The notes beneath the pieces were generated by a model, which saw nothing but the letters and a program-made list of their open reading frames with translations, did not search any database and was not told where the DNA came from. From Dehalococcoidia bacterium (GTDB lineage: Bacteria; Chloroflexota; Dehalococcoidia; UBA2979), in the NCBI GenBank assembly GCA_965247895.1, contig OZ252046.1, positions 1,975,155-2,039,154 of the forward strand: DNA of 64,000 nt, written 5' to 3'. A program made the translations under genes and the position numbers. Positions 9,855-16,882 of the stretch are shown piece after piece (within the stretch, counting starts at the first letter, position 1; every line of letters starts with the position of its first letter).

Positions 9855-10312
9855 GCGGCGAGCCGCGCGCGCAGCGCTACTGGGACGACGTGACGGCCGG
9901 CGAGGACCTTGAGGGCTTCTCGTTCACACTCGGCTGGACGGAGATGGCGAAGCAGGTCAGCGGCTCGCAGGACTTCCACAAGGTCCATCACGACTTCGAG
10001 TTCGCCCGCGAGGGCGGACACGAGACGATCTTCTTCAACACCGGATTCACGCGCGGCTGCCTGGGACGGATGCTCACGGACTGGATGGGCCCGGAGGGCT
10101 GGCTCAGGACGTTCGGCTTCCAGATGCGGCGCATGAACACGCCGGGCGACGTGATGTCCGTGAAGGGCCGCGTCACCGGCAAGACCGAGGGCGACGATCC
10201 CGCCACGGGCGTTGTCGACATCGACATCTGGATCGAGAACACTCGCGAGGGCGTCACGACGCCCGGCACGGCGACAGTGCTGCTGCCGCGACGCAGCCCG
10301 GCGCAGGGCTGA
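9851..10312 (+). CDS. MaoC-like (R)-hydratase hotdog-fold subunit
   Basis: ATG at 9851 in the same frame as ORF 9299-10312. HKVHHDFEFARE and GFTRGCLG region typical of MaoC dehydratases; forms a pair with the upstream gene. Confidence 0.65.
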   Translation: MSGEPRAQRYWDDVTAGEDLEGFSFTLGWTEMAKQVSGSQDFHKVHHDFEFAREGGHETIFFNTGFTRGCLGRMLTDWMGPEGWLRTFGFQMRRMNTPGDVMSVKGRVTGKTEGDDPATGVVDIDIWIENTREGVTTPGTATVLLPRRSPAQG

Positions 10313-10330
10313 ACCGAGGGGACGTACACG

Positions 10331-10801
10331 ATGGCGAACGCGACCAGGGCCGAGATCGAGGCGGGCGGCACGTACTTCCCGCAGCTCGTCGCCTTCCCCG
10401 CGACGAGTAACGACGACCTCGACAAGCCGTTCATCGAGGGCACGCAGCGCGGCGAGCTGTGGGTGCAGTACTGCCCCGCGTGCGAGCAGCATCAGTGGGG
10501 GCCGGAGTGGATCTGCTACCGCTGCCTCTCGGACGACCTCGATTGGCGGCAGGTGGATGGGCGCGGGCGGCTCTTCTCCTGGGAGCGGGTCTGGCACCCC
10601 GTACACCCCGCGCTCGCCGAGGCGGTCCCCTACGTGATCGTCGTCATCGAGCTGCCGGACGCCGATGAAATCCGCATGGTCGGCAACCTGCTCGGCGACC
10701 CCGAGGAGGACATCGTGATCGGCAGCGATGTCGAGGCGGTGTTCGAGCACCACGCGGACGCCGACCCACCGTTCACCCTCGTCCACTGGTCGCGCGTCTA
10801 G
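10331..10801 (+). CDS. DUF35 Zn-ribbon/OB-fold protein (ChsH2-C-terminal/Ltp2-partner type)
   Basis: C-x2-C...C-x2-C (CPACEQHQWGPEWICYRC) followed by an OB-fold-like region; position after the hotdog pair is as in the ChsH2 arrangement. Confidence 0.65.
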   Translation: MANATRAEIEAGGTYFPQLVAFPATSNDDLDKPFIEGTQRGELWVQYCPACEQHQWGPEWICYRCLSDDLDWRQVDGRGRLFSWERVWHPVHPALAEAVPYVIVVIELPDADEIRMVGNLLGDPEEDIVIGSDVEAVFEHHADADPPFTLVHWSRV

Positions 10802-10850
10802 CAGCGACAGCACCGCACGCAGACCGGAGCGCCAGCGAAAGGAGCGAGGC

Positions 10851-12011
10851 ATGGACTTCCAGATGCCCGATGACGTCGTCGAGTTCCGCCAGCAGATCCA
10901 CGACTTCATCAGCCGCCACCGCACGCCGGAGCTGGACGAGGAGATCGCCGGGCACCACCTGCAAGGCTACGGCCCGGCCTCCGAGGCGTTCCTGCAAGCG
11001 CTCGCCGACGAAGGCCTGCCGTCGGTCGCCTGGCCCGAGGAGTACGGCGGACGCGGCAAGGGCGCACTCTACCTCTGGATCCTCTCCGAGGAGCTGGCGC
11101 GCGAGGGCATGCCCTGGGACACGCTCACCTTCAACTCCGTCGGACCGACGATCATGCGCCACGGCAGCGAGGAGCAGCGGCGTGAGCTGCTGCCGAAGGT
11201 CCTCACGGGCGAGATCCGCTTCGCCCTCGGCTACACCGAGCCGAACGCCGGCACGGACCTCGCCTCGCTGCAGACCCGCGCCGTCCGCGACGGCGACGAG
11301 TGGGTGATCAACGGGCAGAAGATCTACACCTCCTCCGGGCACCTCGCGACGCACGTCTGGCTCGCCGCGCGCACGGACCCGGAGGCGCCCAAGCACCGCG
11401 GCATCTCCACCTTCGTCGTGCCGCTCGGCACGCCCGGCATCACCGTGCGCCCGCTCTGGGTGATGGGTGAGGGCCGCACCAACGAGACCTTCTACGAGAA
11501 CGTGCGCATCCCCGCCGACTCGCTCGTCGGCGAGGAGAACCGCGGCTGGTACATCGTCACCGGCGCGCTCGACCTCGAGCGCGTGGCGATCGGCACCTAC
11601 CGCCCGCTGGAGCGCATGGTGCTGGACTTCATCGCCTACCTCGCGAGCGAGCGGGCCGATCTGCTGGACGACCCGGCCACGCGCATGGCCGTCGCCGAGG
11701 CCTCGATGCGCGTCGAGGTGGGGCGCGCGCTGGCGACCAACAACGCCGCGATGGTGCACAACGACATGGTGCCGACGATGGAAGCCGCGATGGCGAAGGT
11801 CTGGAAGGGTGATTCCAGCGAGCGCATCCACGACGCCTTCATGGACGTGCTCGGCCGCAGCGGCGGGCTGCACGAATCGAACGAGGACGCCCCGCTCGGC
11901 GGGCTCCTCGAGGCGGAGTGGCGCAGCGACCCGCCGCACCGCTTCGCCGGAGGCACCAACGACATCCAGCGCCGCGTGATCGCCACGCGCGGCCTCCAGC
12001 TGCCGCGATAG
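10851..12011 (+). CDS. acyl-CoA dehydrogenase (large/alpha subunit of a heteromeric ACAD pair)
   Basis: ATG at 10851 preceded by AAAGGAGCGAGG. ACAD N-terminal, middle (GYTEPNAGTDLASLQTRA) and C-terminal domains present. Confidence 0.8.
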   Translation: MDFQMPDDVVEFRQQIHDFISRHRTPELDEEIAGHHLQGYGPASEAFLQALADEGLPSVAWPEEYGGRGKGALYLWILSEELAREGMPWDTLTFNSVGPTIMRHGSEEQRRELLPKVLTGEIRFALGYTEPNAGTDLASLQTRAVRDGDEWVINGQKIYTSSGHLATHVWLAARTDPEAPKHRGISTFVVPLGTPGITVRPLWVMGEGRTNETFYENVRIPADSLVGEENRGWYIVTGALDLERVAIGTYRPLERMVLDFIAYLASERADLLDDPATRMAVAEASMRVEVGRALATNNAAMVHNDMVPTMEAAMAKVWKGDSSERIHDAFMDVLGRSGGLHESNEDAPLGGLLEAEWRSDPPHRFAGGTNDIQRRVIATRGLQLPR

Positions 12012-12026
12012 CGAAGGGGCACAACG

Positions 12027-13112
12027 ATGGACCTTCGACCGAGCGAACTGCAGGAGATCCTCCAGACCAGCGCCGCGGACTTCTTCGAGCGCGAGGTCAG
12101 CTTCGAGCGCATCCGCGAGATCGAGGCGGCGGGCCGCCCCGATGAGCAGCTCCAGGACCAGTTGACCAAGCTGGGCTGGAACTCGCTGGCGATCTCCGAG
12201 GCATACGGCGGGCAGGGCGGGACCGTGCTCGACGCGGGCGTGCTGATCAACCAGATCTGCCGCGCCGCGCTGCCCTCGCCGCTGGCCAGCACCCTCGTCG
12301 GCGCGGTCACGATCGAGCGCCACGGCGACGAGGCGCTGAAGACCTCGCTGCTGCCGCAGCTAGACAGCGGCCTCACGATCTCGGCGGCGCTGCTCGAGGC
12401 CTCGGATTCGCTCTACGGGCCTGTCACGGCGGAGTACGCCGGCGGCGTGGTCACGGGCGAGAAGCGCTTCGTCGAGTTCGGCGAGACCAGCGACGTGCAT
12501 CTCGTCGCCGCGATGAACGGCAGCGCGCCCGGCCTCGCCGTCGTGCGCCGCGACCAGGCCGGCGTGACGGCCCGCGACACGCGCACGATCGGCGCGCTCC
12601 CGCAGGCGACCGTCAACTACGACGGCGCCGCCGCCGAGGCCTGGATCGAGGGTGAGGACGCGATCGAGACGCTGCGCCGGCTCGGCTCGGCGGTCGCCGC
12701 CTTCGAGAGCTACGCCTACGCGCAGAAGGCGCTCGACCTGACGGTCGACTACGTGCAGATGCGGGTGCAGTTCGGACAGCCGATCGGCGCGTTCCAGGCG
12801 GTGCAGATGCGCTGCGCGGACATGGCGACGATCGTCGAGGGCTCGCGCTTCCTCACCCACGAGCTGCTGTGGCAGATCGACAAGGGCCTCGAGACGCGTC
12901 GCCAGGTCGCGATCGTGAAGGCGATCACGGCGAAGATGGCCCCGCAGGTCTTGCAGGACTGCCACCTGCTGCACGGCGGCATCGGCTACATGCAGGAGTA
13001 CGACCTGCACTTCTTCACGCGGCGCGGCCGCGACGCCGCACTGCGCTGGGGCACCGCCCGCGAGACGATGAACATCGTCACCGAGGAGGCCTTCGCCGCC
13101 GCCTCGGCGTGA
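12027..13112 (+). CDS. acyl-CoA dehydrogenase family protein (shorter beta-type subunit)
   Basis: 361 aa with ACAD fold signatures (AISEAYGGQGG, QPIGAFQAVQ); directly follows the first ACAD, as in FadE28/FadE29-type alpha2beta2 enzymes. Confidence 0.75.
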   Translation: MDLRPSELQEILQTSAADFFEREVSFERIREIEAAGRPDEQLQDQLTKLGWNSLAISEAYGGQGGTVLDAGVLINQICRAALPSPLASTLVGAVTIERHGDEALKTSLLPQLDSGLTISAALLEASDSLYGPVTAEYAGGVVTGEKRFVEFGETSDVHLVAAMNGSAPGLAVVRRDQAGVTARDTRTIGALPQATVNYDGAAAEAWIEGEDAIETLRRLGSAVAAFESYAYAQKALDLTVDYVQMRVQFGQPIGAFQAVQMRCADMATIVEGSRFLTHELLWQIDKGLETRRQVAIVKAITAKMAPQVLQDCHLLHGGIGYMQEYDLHFFTRRGRDAALRWGTARETMNIVTEEAFAAASA

Positions 13113-13165
13113 CGGCTGTCCCCCCTCCCGCGGGGGGAGAGCGCCAGGGTGAGGGGCCTGCCGGT

Positions 13166-13753
13166 CTAGGAGTCGGTCGCCTCCGCGGCGTCATCCGCGG
13201 CGTCGCCCCTCGTCTGGAGACAGATGGTTACGCCGAGCACGACAGCTCCAACGAGGAGCACGGCAATCCGGGCGATGTTGCGCGCATCCCCCGCATCACC
13301 CGAGCCTCCCGGCAGCAGGGCGGTGATGAGGCGATAGACAGGGTCGACGTATCCGGCCGGCCACCCGGTCGGCACGCCGACCAGCAACAGCAGGACACCG
13401 GCGAGGAGAAGTCCCGCAGCGACCGCGCAGCCCTTTCGTGAGAGAACAAGGCCGCCCACAAGGAAGATGATCGCCACTCCGATGTGAATGGTCCCCAGCA
13501 CTGAACTGCGCCTGGCGAACTCAGCGACCGCTTCCATGGCCTCCTCGTCGGACACATCGAAGCGGGCCCCAAGCGGCCCATGGAACGCCGTGGTCGCGCT
13601 CAGTACCAGCATCATCAGCACAAGCCCGAGGGCGACCTGCGCAACTCTCAGCGAGAGGGGCGCGTCACCGCCGAACCGATCGCCGAACAGCACCGCGGCG
13701 ATGACGACGGCCAACACGATCCCGGACTGAAAACCGAGAGTCTCGACACCCAT
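13166..13753 (-). CDS. hypothetical integral membrane protein
   Basis: Four or five hydrophobic helices (IVLAVVIAAVLF, LGLVLMMLVLSAT, VAIIFLVGGLVL, LLLAGVLLLLVGV). Start MGVETLG chosen inside ORF 13166-13783. No recognisable family. Confidence 0.4.
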   Translation of the reverse strand: MGVETLGFQSGIVLAVVIAAVLFGDRFGGDAPLSLRVAQVALGLVLMMLVLSATTAFHGPLGARFDVSDEEAMEAVAEFARRSSVLGTIHIGVAIIFLVGGLVLSRKGCAVAAGLLLAGVLLLLVGVPTGWPAGYVDPVYRLITALLPGGSGDAGDARNIARIAVLLVGAVVLGVTICLQTRGDAADDAAEATDS

Positions 13754-13886
13754 CGCGCGGCCCTCCCCGGACTCAATGAGCACTCTAGCGGATCGTCCTA
13801 GCCTCGCAGCGCGTCCCGAGCCCGCCTACAGCCGTGGTGCGTTGTTTTAGTTTCGGCGTCGTGACGCAAACAAGGCCGGTGGTTGT

Positions 13887-13902
13887 TTTCGGTACCGAAA
13901 AG
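13887..13902. promoter_or_regulatory. perfect 16-bp palindrome TTTTCGGTACCGAAAA in an AT-richer spacer
   Basis: Lies between the RES toxin stop (13931) and the start of the divergent membrane-protein gene (13753); preceded by a partial direct repeat GTTGTTTT..TTCGG at 13852-13869. Confidence 0.3.
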
Positions 13903-13930
13903 AAGGAGCGGGCGGATCCCACAGCCGCAC

Positions 13931-14596
13931 TCAGATCAGCGCGACTCGGTAGGCCGTCAGGATCTCCTCGACGTAGAGCCGGGCGGCGCCCGCATCGAGG
14001 TTCTGGTCGCCAGGCGGCACCGGGAGGCGGTCCATCACTTCCTCGAAGCAACCGTCCGGGCAGCGATCAGAGAAGAACATGTAGGCGAACCCCTCGGGCT
14101 CCCGATGCGAGCGCCACGTCATGCCACGGGCCCAAGGCGCCCACGCCCGAATCGCCGAGGCCCAGCGCCGCGTCATCGCGTATTCGGCGGCGGATGAGTG
14201 TGTCAACGACGTGTCCTGACCCACCGCCGCCAGGTCCCGGCCGGACCGAAGGCCCACCAGCTCCAGGTCCAGCGTTGTGCGCAGCCAGCTGATTCGCAGT
14301 CCGGAAAGGCGAGCGCGCGGGAGCAAGCGTGCCCCGCGGTCATCGATCTGCAGATCGCGGAGCAGCGCTTCGGAGACTGCGGTCGCATCGTCCGCAGCGG
14401 CGTACAGGAAAGCGTACTCATCGTCCGGCGTCGAGTCGAACCGTCCGCCGAGGAGATCGCTTCGAGCCACGGTCGGGTTGAACCCGGTCACGTCAAAGTC
14501 AGCGCTGTGGATGCGCGTCAGCCTCGTCCCCGCGGGCAACGGGAAGAGCCGCGGCGCGCCCTCATAGCTTGTCGGGGGCGGCTGGTTTGGCGACAA
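13931..14596 (-). CDS. RES-domain toxin (MbcT/ParT-like NAD+-targeting toxin family)
   Basis: LGGRFDSTPDDEYAFLYAAADDATAVSEALLRDL and ...WRSHREPEGFAYMFFSDR blocks match the conserved R/E/S-bearing motifs of RES domains. Immediately downstream of an Xre/DUF2384-type gene. Start is TTG at 14596 per the ORF track and is uncertain. Confidence 0.7.
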   Translation of the reverse strand: MSPNQPPPTSYEGAPRLFPLPAGTRLTRIHSADFDVTGFNPTVARSDLLGGRFDSTPDDEYAFLYAAADDATAVSEALLRDLQIDDRGARLLPRARLSGLRISWLRTTLDLELVGLRSGRDLAAVGQDTSLTHSSAAEYAMTRRWASAIRAWAPWARGMTWRSHREPEGFAYMFFSDRCPDGCFEEVMDRLPVPPGDQNLDAGAARLYVEEILTAYRVALI

Positions 14597-14602
14597 GCCC
14601 GC

Positions 14603-15322
14603 CTACCCGATCGGCTCGATGACCGCCTCGGCCACCGTGGCGAGGTCGTCCGCTCTGTCGGTCCCGACAAGGTCGACGGGCCGGGCGCCGAGTCGTGCGT
14701 GGCGGGAGACCCACCAGGACGCGACGCCCCACGGGTCACTCGCAGCCTCCAGCCGTTCGTTGACCGCGCGCACTTCCGTGAATACATCGCGCCGCCGCGG
14801 GTCGAACTGGAAGGCGGGGTACAGATAGCCGCGGGCGGCGGGCAATCCAAGCAGCCACGAGCGCTCGCGGTAGCGCCGGACCTTCTCGCGATTCGTGCGG
14901 TTCGCCCCGAGCGCGAGTGCAGCGTCTCGCGGCTCAAGCATCGGCTCACGCCAGATCGTGCGGATTGCCTCTCCCTGGACCTGGGCCTGCAACAACACCG
15001 TTTGCTCGACCTCGTCGAGCACGTGCCGTGGCTCTCCTCCAAGCTCCCGGCTGAGGTCGCTCCGCAGCGTGAGCAGCGTCAGCCAACTCCGCAGCCGGGA
15101 CTCGTCCCCGTCCAGTGCGTGGTGCCGTGCCGCGAGCGACGCCGCGGCATCGAGCAGTTCCGATTCCCGTGCCGGCCACTCGGCTGCGAGATGCGCCAGC
15201 ATGTTCCGCGCTGTGCTCGCCCGCCGCGAGGCGAGGGTCAGGAGCGCCTGCTCGAGATCCTCGTCGCTGAGTTCCCGGTCCAGGTCCCGGATACGACTGT
15301 CGAGTTCGGGCCGGATCGCCAT
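14603..15322 (-). CDS. RES-partner antitoxin, Xre/MbcA/ParS type (C-terminal DUF2384 toxin-binding domain)
   Basis: C-terminal ...PWGVASWWVSRHARLGARPVDLVG is the hallmark DUF2384 motif; 6-bp gap to the RES gene on the same strand. Confidence 0.65.
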   Translation of the reverse strand: MAIRPELDSRIRDLDRELSDEDLEQALLTLASRRASTARNMLAHLAAEWPARESELLDAAASLAARHHALDGDESRLRSWLTLLTLRSDLSRELGGEPRHVLDEVEQTVLLQAQVQGEAIRTIWREPMLEPRDAALALGANRTNREKVRRYRERSWLLGLPAARGYLYPAFQFDPRRRDVFTEVRAVNERLEAASDPWGVASWWVSRHARLGARPVDLVGTDRADDLATVAEAVIEPIG

Positions 15323-15446
15323 CGCGGTCTCCAGGCTGACGGTAGTGCCAACATCATAGCATCGTCACAATCGTCACGCACAAGGCGCGCAACCACTGGC
15401 AGGCTGGATGTACTGAGCAGCGCCTACGTCAGCGCCTCGGCGGCGC

Positions 15447-16814
15447 TTACCCGCTCCGCTTGGCCAGCGCGCGGGCGTCGAGGCGGCTCGCCGGATCGGC
15501 GCGCCCATCGGTGTCCAAACTCATGCCCTCCGCCCGGAGCACGTCGACCGGGTCGCGGCTGTCGGAGGGATCGCCCCAATAGAAGCCCTCCGAGACCCGT
15601 CCGTCGGCGTTCAAGACACGGTAGCCGATCCGGCACGCATCCTCGGGGCAGCGGGCGATATGTCCGGCGACCGCCTGCGCCGAGCTGTCGATCGCTTCCG
15701 CGAGATCGCCGTAGGTGGTCCACTCGCCGGGACGAACGTGCCCCAGCAGCCCGTGGAGGAGCGACCAGTCCCGGCCCTCCACGGCAGCGCGCGAGCCCGC
15801 CAGGGCCTTGAGCGTCTCACCGCTCGCCGTCCTCCACGCCCTCGGACCGGATATGACCGTTGGCCGCTCGCCGGTCACCCGCTCCACGATCTCCTTCGCC
15901 AGTCCCGTCGGACTCCAGGCGTCGCCATCGAGTTCCCAGATCAACGGCGCGCGCGGATCGTTGCGCCAGGTTGCGCGAGCGCGTCGCGGTTCTGCGACCA
16001 CCCACTCGCCGACCTGTTCGCGCAAAGCCGACGACAGGCGGAGGGCGCGCACCTCAAGCTCCAACTGCGCGCCGTCCTCGATCACGCCCTCGGCAACCAG
16101 TGTCGCGACGGCGGTCCGTTCGCGGCGCGTGCGTACACGCTCGTCGGCTGCTCGAAGCTCCACCTGCCGCGGGGAGACCGTGAAGTCCTCGACGTCCTGC
16201 ACCGGCCACGTCTGTGAGACCGTCAACACGACGTCATGCTCCGTGCGATATGCGTTGAACTCGATCAGCGCGATGTCAACGCCCATCTCGGTAAGCCACA
16301 CCGCGCTCGCGGTGACTTGCGGCGGGAAGCTCGCCGCCATCAACGCTATGCGCGGCTGGCGGAGCTGGTCAGGATCGAGCTCACCGCCGGCGTGCTCCTC
16401 CATCCGGGCGAGGGCGTCCTCGGCCGACACTGCTTCGCCGCTGACCCGCGAGAGGTAGGCCGCGTGGGCCTCGGCCAGCGTCTGCGGGGTGAAGCGGCTG
16501 GCGAACGCCGCATACTTGATCGCCTGCATCTCGACGGTGTCTGGAGCAGGGCCACGCTTCAGCTCGGCGACCACGAGACGTCCGTCGTCGTCCAGTCCCA
16601 GCAGATCGAGGCGATCAGCCGCACGCCCGTCGCGCGAGCGCCAAGCGCCAAACTCGAAGGTCACGATGTAGACGCCGTCGCCGAGGATCTCCGGGTTCTC
16701 GCGCACCCACTCCTGCAGATCGGACCGCTCGCGGAGTCCCGCGTCCGCGAGGCTGATCGCTTGCGCGCGCCGGGCGATGCCCGGCTCCACCGTGAAGACC
16801 AGTTCACCCGCCAC
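15447..16814 (-). CDS. hypothetical fusion protein: N-terminal PD-(D/E)xK nuclease-like (NucS/DUF91-like) domain plus C-terminal MGMT/ATL-like alkylguanine-binding DNA-binding domain
   Basis: N-terminus: D-x(n)-LDDDGRLVVAELKRG gives a D...E-x-K arrangement with preceding DLQEWVRENPE, as in NucS-C/DUF91. C-terminus: WTTYGDLAEAI...AQAVAGHIARCPEDACRIGYRVLNADGRVS resembles the MGMT/Ogt DNA-binding domain (YG.LA...RAVG.A...NP..P.HRV.), but the usual PCHRV Cys is not obvious. Both domain assignments are by eye, without a profile search. Confidence 0.45.
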   Translation of the reverse strand: MAGELVFTVEPGIARRAQAISLADAGLRERSDLQEWVRENPEILGDGVYIVTFEFGAWRSRDGRAADRLDLLGLDDDGRLVVAELKRGPAPDTVEMQAIKYAAFASRFTPQTLAEAHAAYLSRVSGEAVSAEDALARMEEHAGGELDPDQLRQPRIALMAASFPPQVTASAVWLTEMGVDIALIEFNAYRTEHDVVLTVSQTWPVQDVEDFTVSPRQVELRAADERVRTRRERTAVATLVAEGVIEDGAQLELEVRALRLSSALREQVGEWVVAEPRRARATWRNDPRAPLIWELDGDAWSPTGLAKEIVERVTGERPTVISGPRAWRTASGETLKALAGSRAAVEGRDWSLLHGLLGHVRPGEWTTYGDLAEAIDSSAQAVAGHIARCPEDACRIGYRVLNADGRVSEGFYWGDPSDSRDPVDVLRAEGMSLDTDGRADPASRLDARALAKRSG

Positions 16815-16882
16815 CAGACAGTCCCTCCCGCGCCCGGCGCAGACTACGGAACGCCCGAGGGCATGTCACTGCCAGCGGAAGC

